NCBI GenBank assembly: GCA_964016885.1
Contig: OZ024742.1
Coordinates: 200,880,001-200,944,000, forward strand
Source of the DNA: Eledone cirrhosa
Lineage: Eukaryota
Length of the DNA stretch: 64,000 bases
Direction of reading: 5' to 3'
Shown here piece after piece: positions 40,313-55,553 of the stretch. Numbering within the stretch: position 1 is the stretch's first letter; every line of letters begins with the position of its first letter. The notes beneath the pieces are model-generated. The model was not told where the DNA came from, made no database searches, and saw only the letters and a program-made list of their open reading frames with translations. The position numbers and the translations under genes are program-made.

Positions 40313-43300
40313 AGTAACAATAACAACCACCACCACCACAACAATAGCAGTAATACAAACCACATAACCAACAACACTGTCAGTAACAACAACCACCACT
40401 ACCAAAACAATAGCAGTAATACAAACCACATAACCAACAACACTGTCAGTAACAACAACCATCACTACCACAACAGTAGCAGTAATACAAACCACATAAC
40501 CAACAACACTGTCAGTAACAACAACCACCACTACCACAACAATAGCAGTAATACAAACCACATAACCAACAACACTGTCAGTAACAACAACAACCACCAC
40601 AACAATAACAGTAATACAAACCACATAACCAACAACACTGTCAGTAACAACAACCACCACTACCACAACAATAGCAGTAATACAAACCACATAACCAACA
40701 ACACTGTCAGTAACAACAACCACCACTACCACAACAATAACAGTAATACAAACCACATAACCAACAACACTGTCAGTAACAACAACCACCACCACCACAA
40801 CAATAACAGTAATACAAACCACATAACCAACAACACTGTCAGTAACAACAACCACCACCACCACCACAACAATAGCAGTAATACAAACCACATAACCAAC
40901 AACACTGTCAGTAACAACAACCATCACTACCAAAACAATAGCAGTAATACAAACCACATAACCAACAACACTGTCAGTAACAACAACCACCACCACCACA
41001 ACAATAGCAGTAATACAAACCACATAACCAACAACACTGTCAGTAACAACAACCACCACTACCAAAACAATAGCAGTAATACAAACCACATAACCAACAA
41101 CACTGTCAGTAACAACAACCACCACCACCACAACAATAGCAGTAATACAAACCACATAACCAACAACACTGTCAGTAACAACAACCACCACTACCACAAC
41201 AATAGCAGTAATACAAACCACATAACCAACAACACTGTCAGTAACAACAACCACCACTACCACAACAATAGCAGTAATACAAACCACATAACCAACAACA
41301 CTGTCAGTAACAACAACCACCAACACCACAACAATAGCAGTAATACAAACCACATAACCAACAACACTGTCAGTAACAACAACCACCACTACCACAACAA
41401 TAGCAGTAATACAAACCACATAACCAACAACACTGTCAGTAACAACAACCACCACTACCACAACAATAACAGTAATACAAACCACATAACCAACAACACT
41501 GTCAGTAACAACAACCACCACCACCACCACAACAATAGCAGTAATACAAACCACATAACCAACAACACTGTCAGTAACAACAACCACCACCACCACCACA
41601 ACAATAGCAGTAATACAAACCACATAACCAACAACACTCTCAGTAACAACAACCACCACCACCACCACCACAACAATAACAGTAATACAAACCACATAAC
41701 CAACAACACTGTCAGTAACAACAACCACCACCACCACCACAACAACAATAGCAGTAATACAAACCACATAACCAACAACACTGTCAGTAACAACAACCAC
41801 CACCACCACAACAATAGCAGTAATACAAACCACATAACCAACAACACTGTCAGTAACAACAACCACCACCACCACCACCACAACAATAACAGTAATACAA
41901 ACCACATAACCAACAACACTGTCAGTAACAACAACCACCACCACCACCACCACAACAATAACAGTAATACAAACCACATAACCAACAACACTGTCAGTAA
42001 CAACAACCACCACCACCACAACAATAGCAGTAATACAAACCACATAACCAACAACACTGTCAGTAACAACAACCACCACTACTACAACAATAGCAGTAAT
42101 ACAAACCACATAACCAACAACACTGTCAGTAACAACAACCACCACCACCACCACAACAATAACAGTAATACAAACCACATAACCAACAACACTGTCAGTA
42201 ACAACAACCACCACCACCACCACAACAATAGCAGTAATACAAAGCACATAACCAACAACACTGTCAGTAACAACAACCACCACCACCACAACAATAGCAG
42301 TAATACAAACCACATAACCAACAACACTGTCAGTAACAACAACAACCACCACCACCACCACAACAATAACAGTAATACAAACCACATAACCAACAACACT
42401 GTCAGTAACAACAACCACCACCACAACAATAGCAGTAATACAAACCACATAACCAACAACACTGTCAGTAACAACAACCATCACTACCACAACAATAGCA
42501 GTAATACAAACCACATAACCAACAACACTGTCAGTAACAACAACCACCACTACCACAACAATAGCAGTAATACAAACCACATAACCAACAACACTGTCAG
42601 TAACAACAACCACCACTACCACAACAATAGCAGTAATACAAACCACATAACCAACAACACTGTCAGTAACAACAACCACCACAACAATAGCAGTAATACA
42701 AACCACATAACCAACAACACTGTCAGTAACAACAACCACCACCACCACCACAACAATAGCAGTAATACAAACCACATAACCAACAACACTGTCAGTAACA
42801 ACAACCACCACCACCACAACAATAGCAGTAATACAAACCACATAACCAACAACACTGTCAGTAACAACAACCACCACTACCACAACAATAGCAGTAATAC
42901 AAACCACATAACCAACAACACTGTCAGTAACAACAACCACCACAACAATAGCAGTAATACAAACCACATAACCAACAACACTGTCAGTAACAACAACCAC
43001 CACCATCACCACAACAATAGCAGTAATACAAACCACATAACCAACAACACTGTCAGTAACAACAACCACCACCACCACAACAATAGCAGTAATACAAACC
43101 ACATAACCAACAACACTGTCAGTAACAACAACCACCACTACCACAACAATAGCAGTAATACAAACCACATAACCAACAACACTGTCAGTAACAACAACCA
43201 CCACAACAATAGCAGTAATACAAACCACATAACCAACAACACTGTCAGTAACAACAACCACCACCACCACAACAATAGCAGTAATACAAACCACATAACC

Positions 43301-45722
43301 AACAACACTGTCAGTAACAACAACCACCACCACCACAACAATAGCAGTAATACAAACCACATAACCAACAACACTGTCAGTAACAACAACCACCACCACC
43401 ACCACAACAATAGCAGTAATACAAACCACATAACCAACAACACTGTCAGTAACAACAACCACCACCACCACAACAATAGCAGTAATACAAACCACATAAC
43501 CAACAACACTGTCAGTAACAACAACCACCACCACCACCACAACAATAGCAGTAATACAAACCACATAACCAACAACACTGTCAGTAACAACAACCACCAC
43601 TACCACAACAATAGCAGTAATACAAACCACATAACCAACAACACTGTCAGTAACAACAACCACCACCACCACATCAATAACAGTAATACAAACCACATAA
43701 CCAACAAGAATGTCAGTAACAACAACCATCACTACCACAACAATAACAGTAATACAAACCACATAACCAACAACACTGTCAGTAACAACAACCATCACCA
43801 CCACAACAATAGCAGTAATACAAACCACATAACCAACAAGAATTTCAGTAACAACAACCACCACTACCACAACAATAGCAGTAATACAAACCACATAACC
43901 AACAACACTGTCAGTAACAACAACCACCACCACCACAACAATAGCAGTAATACAAACCACATAACCAACAACACTGTCAGTAACAACAACCACCACCACC
44001 ACAACAATAGCAGTAATACAAACCACATAACCAACAACACTGTCAGTAACAACAACCACCACTACCACAACAATAGCAGTAATACAAACCACATAACCAA
44101 CAACACTGTCAGTAACAACAACCACCACCACCACAACAATAGCAGTAATACAAACCACATAACCAACAACACTGTCAGTAACAACAACCACCACCACCAC
44201 AACAATAGCAGTAATACAAACCACATAACCAACAACACTGTCAGTAACAACAACCACCACTACCACAACAATAGCAGTAATACAAACCACATAACCAACA
44301 ACACTGTCAGTAACAACAACCACCACTACCACAACAATAGCAGTAATACAAACCACATAACCAACAAGAATGTCAGTAACAACAACCACCACTACCACAA
44401 CAATAGCAGTAATACAAACCACATAACCAACAACACTGTCAGTAACAACAACCATCACTACCACAACAATAGCAGTAATACAAACCACATAACCAACAAC
44501 ACTGTCAGTAACAACAACCACCACTACCACAACAATAGCAGTAATACAAACCACATAACCAACAACACTGTCAGTAACAACAACCACCACTACCACAACA
44601 ATAGCAGTAATACAAACCACATAACCAACAAGAATGTCAGTAACAACCACCACCACCACCACAACAATAGCAGTAATACAAACCACATAACCAACAACAC
44701 TGTCAGTAACAACAACCACCACTACCACAACAATAGCAGTAATACAAACCACATAACCAACAACACTGTCAGTAACAACAACCACCACCACCACAACAAT
44801 AGCAGTAATACAAACCACATAACCAACAACACTGTCAGTAACAACAACCACAACCACCACAACAATAGCAGTAATACAAAACACATAACCAACAACACTG
44901 TCAGTAACAACAACCACAACCACCACAACAATAGCAGTAATACAAACCACATAACCAACAACACTGTCAGTAACAACAACCACAACCACCACAACAATAG
45001 CAGTAATACAAACCACATAACCAACAACACTGTCAGTAACAACAACCACCAACACCACAACAATAGCAGTAATACAAACCACATAACCAACAACACTGTC
45101 AGTAACAACAACCATCACCACCACAACAATAGCAGTAATACAAACCACATAACCAACAACACTGTCAGTAACAACAACCACCACCACCACAACAATAGCA
45201 GTAATACAAACCACATAACCAACAACACTGTCAGTAACAACAACCACAACCACCACAACAATAGCAGTAATACAAAACACATAACCAACAACACTGTCAG
45301 TAACAACAACCACAACCACCACAACAATAGCAGTAATACAAACCACATAACCAACAACACTGTCAGTAACAACAACCACAACCACCACAACAATAGCAGT
45401 AATACAAACCACATAACCAACAACACTGTCAGTAACAACAACCACAACCACCACAACAATAGCAGTAATACAAACCACATAACCAACAAGAATGTCAGTA
45501 ACAACAACCACAACCACCACAACAATAGCAGTAATACAAACCACATAACCAACAACACTGTCAGTAACAACAACCACAACCACCACAACAATAGCAGTAA
45601 TACAAACCACATAACCAACAAGAATGTCAGTAACAACAACCACCACTACCACAACAATAGCAGTAATACAAACCACATAACCAACAACACTGTCAGTAAC
45701 AACAACCATCACTACCACAACA
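40313..45722. repeat. ~66-bp minisatellite, roughly 80 copies
   Basis: Unit AGTAACAACAA(CCA)nCAACAATAGCAGTAATACAAACCACATAACCAACAACACTGTC; length varies by triplets. Confidence 0.97.
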
Positions 45723-45761
45723 ATCACAAAAAACAACAATAACAACAGCGACTGTATATAT

Positions 45762-46280
45762 AATAATTGTTTCTAATTTTGGCACAAGGCCAGCAATTAT
45801 CTCAGTGCATTACTGGTACTTTATTTCATCGACCCTATCAGGATGAAAGGCAAAGTTAACCTCGGTGGGGTTTGAACTCAGACGTGAATGTGTGTAACTC
45901 TATGCTGCAAAGCATAGCGTCCGACCCTTTACCGATACTGTCAATCCACCAACCACCACCCTGTATTTATAATAATTGTTTCTACTTTTGGACTAGGCCA
46001 GCACATCCCCAGTGCATTACTGGTACTTTATTTTATCGATCCTGTAATGATGAAAGGCAAAGTTAACTTCGGCGGGATTTGAACTCAGACCATAAAGGGA
46101 CGCAGTTTCTGATATAAGCACAAATCTTACAATTTTGGGGGAGGGGAAATCGATTCAATCGACCCTAGTTTGTTACTGGTACTTTACTTTATCGACCCCA
46201 TAATGATGAAAGGCAAAGATAAACTCGGCACGATTTGAGCTCATGACGTATAGGGTCATAACTCCATCAGCTAAGCATAA
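45762..46280 (-). mobile_element. Three SINE family A copies
   Basis: Repeated SINE bodies starting near 45762, 45970 and 46105. Confidence 0.8.
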
Positions 46281-46372
46281 CAATAGCAAAATAAATGTCA
46301 ATTGCAACATAGAAACATAATGAAACAAGACTGCTACCATCATAACATCGGTATTATCTACAAACCCCACCT

Positions 46373-47340
46373 TCACAACCACCAGCTCAACCACCACCAT
46401 CACTCTCACAGTCACAACCACCAGCACAACCACTACCATCACTCTCACAGTCACAACCACCAGCACAACCACCACCATCACTCTCACAGTCACAACCACC
46501 ACCATCACTCTCACAGTCACAACCACCAGCTCAACCACCACCATCACTCTCACAGTCACAACCACCAGCACAACCACTACCATCACTCTCACAGTCACAA
46601 CCACCAGCACAACCACCACCATCACTCTCACAGTCACAACCACCACCATCACTCTCACAGTCACAACCACCAGCACAACCACCACCATCACTCTCACAGT
46701 CACAACCACCAGCTCAACCACCACCATCACTCTCACAGTCACAACCACCAGCACAACCACCACCATCACTCTCACAGTCACAACCACCAGCACAACCACC
46801 ACCATCACTCTCACAGTCACAACCACCAGCTCAACCACCACCATCACTCTCACAGTCACAACCACCAGCACAACCACCACCATCACTCTCACAGTCACAA
46901 CCACCAACACAACCACCACCATCACTCTCACAGTCACAACCACCAGCACAACCACCACCATCACTCTCACAGTCACAACCACCAGCACAACCACCACCAT
47001 CACTCTCACAGTCACAACCACCAGCACAACCCCCACCATCACTCTCACAGTGACAACCACCAGCTCAACCACCACCATCACTCTCACAGTCACAACCACC
47101 AGCACAACCACCACCATCACTCTCACAGTCACCACCACCAGCACAACCCCCACCATCACTCTCACAGTCACAACCACCAGCACAACCACCACCATCACTC
47201 TCACAGTCACAACCACCAGCACAACCCTCACCATCACTCTCACAGTCACAACCACCAGCTCAACCACCACCATCACTCTCACAGTCACAACCACCAGCAC
47301 AACCACCACCATCACTCTCACAGTCACAACCACCACCAAC
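46373..47340. repeat. 39-bp minisatellite with 27-bp variants
   Basis: Unit CACAACCACCAGCACAACCACCACCATCACTCTCACAGT. Confidence 0.95.
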
Positions 47341-48272
47341 ACAGTCATAAACACTAGCACAGACACAAAAACCACCAGCACCATCAATACCACCAACACC
47401 ACCAGAGCCATTAACACCACCACCGCCACCACCATCACCATCAACACCAACACCGCCACCACAGCCATCAACACAACCACCGCCACCACAGCCATCGACA
47501 CCACCCCCGCCACCACCATCACCATCAACACCACGATCACCATCAACACCACCAACACCACCACCGCCACTACCATCACCATCAATATCTCCAGCACCAC
47601 CCCCAGCCATCAACACCACCACCGCCACCACCATCACCATCAACACCACCACCGCCACCACCAACACCAACAACGCCACCACTATCACCATCAACACCAC
47701 CACCGCCACCACCAACACCACCACTGCCACAAGCAACACCACCACTGCCACCAGCAACACCACCACTGCCACCACCAACACCAACATCATCACCAGCAAC
47801 ACCACCACCGCCACCCCATCACCACCAACACCACCACCACCAACACCACCACCACGAACATCACCACTGCCACCACCAACACCATCACCATCACCATCAA
47901 CACCACCACCGCCACCACCACCACCACCACCAGCAACACCACCACCAGCACCACCACCACCCACACCACCACCGCCACCACCAACACCACCACTGCCACC
48001 ATCAACACCACCACCATCACCAGCAACACCACCACCGCCACCCCATCACCACCAACACCACCACCACGAACACCACCACCATCACCACCAACACCACCAC
48101 CACCACCACCATCAACACCACCACCGCCACCCCATCACCACGAACACCACCCCTGCCACCACCACCACCATCAACACCACCACCGCCACCCCCATCACCA
48201 CGAACACCACCCCTGCTACCACCTACACCATCAACACCACCACCGCCACCACCGCCACCACCATCACCACCA
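47341..48272. repeat. (CAC/CAA)-rich low-complexity tract
   Basis: Direct inspection. Confidence 0.85.
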
Positions 48273-48824
48273 ATAGAAACTATCAACAGATATAGCTTAA
48301 CAGTATTGAAAATATAAGGCTAATAAAATATGAAATACAAAACACAGTTAAACAACAAAGCAGCCATAACGTCCCCCTGACACCCCCTACACTACTGCCC
48401 CCTTAACTCCTTCCCACACACACCACTCGCACCTCTTCTACCACTCTCATCCCTTACATCACTCACCCTCCTTTCACCACTCACCCTTTACATCACTTCA
48501 CCTTTACATCACCGCCACCCCTTCACCACTCCCCCTTTACACCACTCATCCCACCATGCATCCCTCATTTCACCCCCCCCCCCCCCCAAAAAAAAACACT
48601 CACGCCCCCATCGCCACTCACACCCCTCCGCCACTCACCCCCACGCCCCCACTCACACCCCTCCACCACCCATACCCCTCCACCACTCACACCCCCTGCA
48701 CCACCCACACACCTCCACCACCCACACCCCATACACCAACGTTTTAAGCATACAAATGGAATATAAATGAGGAAATTAATTAAACTCCGCATCCTTTTTG
48801 GACACTACACTATAACATTCTTCA

Positions 48825-49620
48825 TCACCACACCACCATCATCACTGACAACAACAACAACACCACCACAACCACCACACCACCATCATCACTGACAACA
48901 ACAACAACAACAACACCACCACCACACCACCATCATCACTGACAACAACAACAACAACAACAACACCACCACCACACCAGCATCATCACTGACAACAACA
49001 ACAACAACAACAACAACAACACCACCACCACCACCATCACACCACCATCATCACTGACAACAACAACAACAACAACAACAACAACACCACCACCACAACC
49101 ACCACACCACCATCATCACTGACAACAACAACAACAACAACAACACCACCACCACACCAGCATCATCACTGACAACAACAACAACAACAACAACAACAAC
49201 ACCACCACCACCACCATCACACCACCATCATCACTGACAACAACAACAACAACAACAACAACACCACCACCTTCACACCACCATCATCACTGACAACAAC
49301 AACAACAACAACAACACCACCACCACCATCACACCACCATCACTGACAACAACAACAACAACAACAACAACACCAACACAACACCATCATCACTGACAAC
49401 AACAACAACAACAATACCACCACCACCACACCACCATCATCACTGACAACAACAACAACAACAACAACACCACCACCACCACACCACCATCATCACTGAC
49501 AACAACAACAACAACAACAACACCACCATCACACCACCATCATCACTGACAACAACAACAACAACAACAACAACAACACCACCATCACCATACCACCATC
49601 ATCATCACCATCCCTGACAA
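48825..49620. repeat. Variable minisatellite CACACCACCATCATCACTGA(CAA)n(CAC)n
   Basis: Direct inspection. Confidence 0.9.
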
Positions 49621-50276
49621 CAACATCACACCACCATCACCACCACCAACATCATCATCACTAACAACAACAACAACAGCAGCAACAGCACACAATCACC
49701 AGTACCCCCCCCCCCCCCCCAACACCCCATCATCTCCATCTCCGCCGTCACCACCACAACCAACAACAACAACTTACCATTACCACCACAATCATCGCCA
49801 CCGTCACCATCAGCACACCGCCACTACTAAAAAGTACACTACCTCCACCAACCCCTGTACTACCACCACCACCACCACCACCCCGCCACCTTATCTTTGA
49901 CGTTACTGATCCCCCTTTCTCTCTCCGTATCTCATCAGACCCCCCACCATCACCATTATAAGTGTTCATCATTATCACCACTATCATGATCAGCAGCACT
50001 CCCATCACTACCATCACCCCAACCATCACCATCATCTATCATCGACATCATCATCATCACCGTCAACAAGGCCACAACTAACACCACCACCACCACCACT
50101 ACCACGACCACCACAACCACCACGACCACGACGACGACCACCACCACCACCACCACCACCACCACCACCACCACCACCACCACCACCACCACCACTACCA
50201 CCACCACCACGATCACCACGACGACCTTTTTCCTTTTCCTCTCCTTCCTCACTCTCTTCCCCATTCTCATCATCTG

Positions 50277-50436
50277 GAGGGTTGTACGCCATGCTTTCCA
50301 GCATAGTTACGTCCCTTTATGATCTGAGTTCAAATCCCGCCGAGGTTGACTTTGCCTTTCATCCTTACGGGGTCGATAAAATACCAGTAATACACTGGGT
50401 AATTGCTGGCCTTTTGCCTAAAGTAGAAACAATTAT
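50277..50436 (+). mobile_element. SINE family A (5'-truncated)
   Basis: B-box GAGTTCAAATCCC and the family tail. Confidence 0.85.
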
Positions 50437-50469
50437 CAACATAATTATCACCACTACAACAAGTAGCTT

Positions 50470-51790
50470 CGCCGCCCCCAATCCTTCGGTTAAATCCAGC
50501 CCTGATTACAGTTTACAGCCAATGTTAATTTGACTGGTAGATTTAAATGGTCAAGTGGTTTAAAACTTTTACCTTATCCCTTGCTATATTTCAAAAACTG
50601 TATTTCAGCATGGCCGAATGGTGGTTAACACCAAGAAAATCTGCGGTAGTGCGGTTCATGTCTACTGTGATATTAAGTCTTAGGGTGTTAATAGTGTCTA
50701 TTAAATCCTTACAGAACCTGCCTAGAGTGTGACTGTTGCAATCGTGTGCTAACGAAAGACCATCGTCGCGATATAGGCCAATAATGTGATTGGGGAATCT
50801 ACGTTTAAGCGTATGAAATATATATAATGGTTTCTTATATAGGCACAAAGCCAGCAATTTTGGGGGCGGGGGAAAATCGATTAAATCGACTCCAGTACGT
50901 TACTGGTACTTTATTTTATCGACCCCGTAAGGATGAAAGGCAAAGTTAACCTCGGTGGGATTTGAACTCAGATCATAAAGGACCGTAACTCTATGCTGCA
51001 AAGCTTGGTATCCGACTCTCTACCGATACTGCCAATACTGTATGAAATATATATAATCCAACAAGATTAGATACATCAGCGATGTTGTTGTAGGTTCCCG
51101 TCGAGACGTCGAATGAATACTGTGGGTGGGATATTTTTACCTAAGCGGCACCGTTTTTAAATACGGGTTAGGTAAATTAGGTCTAGCTCATGATCACTGA
51201 TGGATCTGAAGGCACGGGTGAAGTCCGAGGTCTTGTTTAACAGTGGTTTAATAATAGAGGAGTAAAATTCGGTTATATCGAAATGGATGAATTTAGCACT
51301 GTTTTTTTGATAGGCTATATATGAACTACGATATGACAGATGCTGTGTTGTTTCATTGTAACAGGTTCGTGAAATTGATGATTTGTGTGTTGATTTTCAT
51401 AATATTCATAAGTCATAATTCTGATTTAGCTGGATTTATCAGCCTCCAGGATGGCCTGTTTGTAAAATCAGGCTTGTGATCCTTGGAAGTGATAAAGGTA
51501 TCCATCTCAGCTAATCTTTCTACCCTACTCAATCTTAAAATTTTTAGCTAGTTCTTTGGCTTCGCCGTTAATTCAAATGTAAGGAACAGATTTATCAATC
51601 TGGTATTTATTTATTATATTGTTTAGTATCAGATTATATTGTTTAGTGTCAGAAAAGACAAATACATTTTTGACCATCTAAATTTCTAAATGTTTTTATG
51701 AGAGTTTTTTGGAAGGAATTATGTTACAGAAATTAAAGTTGGCGACTAAATCTAAACTGATTTGAATTCCGCCAAACCATTAACTCTGGG
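50470..51790 (-). pseudogene. Penelope-like element reverse transcriptase remnant
   Basis: FITSKDHKPDFTNRPSWRLINPAKSEL, FIHFDITEFYSSI, SFDVSTG...LVGLYI, IGLYRDDGL and ADFLGV; interrupted by a SINE. Confidence 0.8.
50829..51039 (-). mobile_element. SINE family A with an 18-bp TSD, inserted in the PLE RT
   Basis: GTATGAAATATATATAAT at 50811-50828 and 51040-51057. Confidence 0.92.
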
Positions 51791-52175
51791 TGGATACTTA
51801 GTTGACTTGAGATTGGGTCATTCAGTGGCAGTAGTTGTAGAGCCTTCCTTCTCAATATTATCCACATCTTCACTTTCTCAAAGATCATTTTGGAGTAAAA
51901 GAAGTTTGTTGGTGAAGTAGTTTATACCGTATATGTTCTGATTTGAATCCGTAAGTCTGAAGTATGCTCAACTAATCGGGATACTAAATGATAGACTTAC
52001 TACTGTTCGAGTGACTTTACCACAACAACACACATTTGGAGCAATACGTGTATGCAGGATATCTGTAGAAAAAAGGGCAACGAACACAATGCTCGATTTA
52101 GTATGAGAGGGCTTATTTAGTATGAAATGTAATATTAACTAAACACACACACGCACACACACACACGCACACACG

Positions 52176-52264
<89 letters not shown>

Positions 52265-52357
52265 GTAGGAGGTGAGTTTTATTGTAGCACAATAAAGCAA
52301 TGCAAATATCGGATAAGTAGCACTCTACAGTTTGTAGGACTGGAGTATAAATATATA

Positions 52358-52442
<85 letters not shown>

Positions 52443-52541
52443 GAAGGAAGTGTTGTAAGGAACAAGGTGGACAATAATTTAGTCCAGAAATAGCCGTCGA
52501 AACGGCTCATGCTCTGCCGTCGGGGCCTTGAACATGTTCCT

Positions 52542-52576
<35 letters not shown>

Positions 52577-52631
52577 AATGAAAAGTATAGAAATTATTGT
52601 GAGCAAGAACCCAACAGTATTTCATAATATA

Positions 52632-52850
52632 GGAACGATCGACTTTCGTCAAATCGGACCGAGAGAACAATGTTTCCGTTGGTCTTTCCAATTGCTAATA
52701 CTATCTATCGGTCGCAACTCCAGGTAGAAGGAGCAACGTGAAATAAAGTGTCTTGCTCAAGGACATAACGCATCACCTGGTCCAGGAATCGAACTCACAA
52801 CCTTACGATTGCGAATCCAATTTTCTAACCACTCAGCCACACACCTTCAT
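52632..52850 (-). mobile_element. tRNA-derived SINE, family B
   Basis: Minus strand A-box TGGCTGAGTGG, B-box GAGTTCGATTCC, then TGTCCTTGAGCAAGACACTTT. Confidence 0.8.
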
Positions 52851-53051
52851 ATATAAGTGACTATAGCGACAAAATGGGAAAAATAGTTAACGTAAGATGT
52901 GGGAAAATAATTCAAACTCAATTCAAATCAGAATCAGGAGATAGATTCGTCCACAGAATTTAGTGAAATCCAGGGAAAAATCAATAGAGCCTTAACTCAG
53001 AATAAAATAAAGTTTAAAATACTCATCCTTCAATTTTGAAAAACTACAAAT

Positions 53052-53132
53052 GCTCTGTATAGTCTTAAAAAAGACTATTTCACGAAACTTTCAGTGGGGA
53101 TGGTCACGGTTGGAATCGATCATCAGCAGAGC
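53052..53132 (-). ncRNA. Complete type I hammerhead ribozyme
   Basis: Minus strand: GCTCTG-CTGATGA-[helix II]-GAAA-TAGTCTT-TTTT-AAGACTA-TA^-CAGAGC. Confidence 0.82.
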
Positions 53133-53485
53133 TCAAAGACACAATAATCAAAGTCGCACTGTTTATAATATACCAAAAAGGGAATTTAAAAGCAGGCTAG
53201 TTCAACATCATGCGTAATTATGAAAATAAACGCACATGTAGAGACAGGGCAGGTGACGTCAGAATGAGACGAATGTCTGTTTACATGAAACAACAGTCAT
53301 AAACATTCCGAAAAAGACTCTACAATATAAGGAATTCATCAAAAAAGGAATATTATCGCGGTTTTAAAAAAAAAAAGACCGCGATTAGTCACAAATAATT
53401 TTAAACACTCTAGGAAAGAAATCCGAGTATAAATATAAATGAAAAGTATAGAAATTATTGTGAGCAAGAAGCCAACAGTATTTCA

Positions 53486-54569
53486 TCTACTATATAAATT
53501 GGAAGTGGTCGGACGTTGTATATTTAAGTAAGTAGGTATAGTCGGAGGAACGTCGAAACGGCTTGGTGGAATAAAGCGAAAATTTACACAGTTATGCAGA
53601 ATGACCCGAAGAGGCGTTGGGTCGACTTTTAGGGTACAAGCTTCCATGGTTACGGAGAAAATCTATGAAACAGGAATTTCCCATTCAAATTGAACTGCGA
53701 GTAATCTGTGAACGCAGAAGTCAATATTTCGAGAAACGTTCCAACCGAACAGGAAGACGATATTTTGGTTCGTGAAGACGTTCCCTGGCAATGAACGGGA
53801 AAAAAGCGAGGATAATACGTCGTTATGTAGAGCGAGAAGGACAATTTCATGCAAAGACAAGACCAAGTTTATGGTGTAAATGGAGTCGTTAGACTAATAT
53901 TCTATTTAAAATAACAGAATGATTTCCATCCCCGGAGTTTAAGAATGATGTAAATAAAATTGAAAACGAAAATGACAGAGGTTATATTAAAATAGTAAAA
54001 GTAAATAGTGAAGATTTAGGCCAGTACATACGTATGCCCCGACGGATATACACATACATACGCACACACAAATACATACACACCAACAAACACACACACA
54101 CACACACACACACGCATGCATGCACGTGCGTGTGTGTATAAACCTTATGCATTTCTACAGTATTTTCACCAAACTTAAGACATAGGTTGCTTATGTACTC
54201 CGGATGGTCATAGGTACTTTCATTTTTCCAGATATTGATTATAGGGCCTCCCGGCAGATAACCACCTTTAACCACTTTCTTGGAGTCGACTGAAGCACTG
54301 CAGTGCAATGCAACAAAACGTCATAACTTCTGGAGTTCGCAACCGATTTTCACAAAACTTGACACATGGGCTACGTTTGTCCTACAGATAAATGTGACCT
54401 CTTAGAATTGGCACATATTGAGTAGAGGACCCCTGTGGGCAGGAACCCCTTTTGGAAAAAGCCGATGATTTTGTAAAAGTATAGTTTTCGAAGCAGCACA
54501 GAAGTATTGACATAAATGGTATACACAACTGCTATTTAATACCTGAGCAACGCCGGGTACCTCTGCTAG
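53486..54569 (+). mobile_element. Non-autonomous Helitron
   Basis: A|TC...CCTGAGCAACGCCGGG hairpin...CTAG|T. Removing it restores CAGTATTTCA|TAATATAT, as seen at the empty sites near 52616 and 58420. Confidence 0.9.
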
Positions 54570-55283
54570 TAATATATAAGTGACTATAGCGTCAAAATAG
54601 AAAAATAGTTAACGTAAGATGTGGGAAAATAATTCAAACTCAATTCAAAAAGAATCAGGACATAGATTCATCCACAGAATTTAGTGAAATCCAGGGAAAA
54701 ATCAATAGAGCCTTAACTCAGAATAAAATAAAGTTTAAAATACTCATCCTTCAATTTTGAAAAACTACAAATGCTCTGTATAGTCTTAAAAAGACTATAT
54801 ATATATATATGTTCTGGCTCGTTAATTTATTAACCTGCCATTGAACCACATTGGCATATGGTTGGACAATACGTGTGTCCCTTAGCGCCTTGTGCGTGTA
54901 GGAACACATATTCTATTATTACTATCTCCTCTATGTTGAGAACAAATTTGGTCGTTCTGACTGCTGCTAGTTATAGCGGTAGCCAACTGACCTCCCTGCC
55001 TCTGCCTCTATCTTTACACTCGGCCCTAGAAAAAATTGATTCCACTTCATTTACTCTCATCTCGGGCACAATTTTGAATAGCGCCAGTTCGTAATTTGAA
55101 TTCGTGAATTTTATATTCTTCGAATGAAAAGATCCTTCTGACGAGATTCTTTCTTTGCAACGAAGGCCGTATGGACTCCGTTTATTTTTGAGAATCGAAA
55201 CCGATTCGGTAAAGGTAACCATAGTAAGTAAAGTTAATTTTTTAAAATTTATTTTGAAACTTTTTCTTATTTGCTAAACCTTG

Positions 55284-55379
<96 letters not shown>

Positions 55380-55472
55380 TATATATATATACACACACAC
55401 ACATATTTATATATATATATAAATTCCCCTTTTGGCATATTATAATCAGTGAGATTTTGGCTATCGTGTTGA

Positions 55473-55553
55473 GCTCTGCTGAGGATCGGTTCCAGCCGTG
55501 ACCATCCCCACTGAAAGTTTTCGTGAAATAGTCTTTTCAAGACTATACAGAGC
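55473..55553 (+). ncRNA. Complete type I hammerhead ribozyme
   Basis: GCTCTG-CTGAGGA-[helix II]-GAAA-TAGTCTT-TTC-AAGACTA-TA^-CAGAGC; predicted cleavage after 55547. Confidence 0.82.

Larger units (their letters stand above)
52575..54797 (-). mobile_element. Tandem ~635-bp HHR-bearing unit (left block), interrupted by a SINE and a Helitron
   Basis: The unit recurs (52576/53437 and 52857/54580); it is an inverted homologue of 55421-56440. Confidence 0.8.

Noticed and set aside
40313-45722. CRISPR-like repeat array
   Set aside because: There are no unique spacers and no cas genes, and the context is eukaryotic.
40268-45745. 1825-aa Val-rich ORF
   Set aside because: It is the translation of a 66-bp minisatellite running into a SINE, with no unique domain.
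46173-48286. His/Thr/Val-rich ORFs
   Set aside because: They derive from a 39-bp minisatellite and CAC-rich low-complexity sequence, and several frames are open.
55133-55175. CTGACGA...GAAGGCCGTA motif
   Set aside because: GAAA and helix II are not intact.
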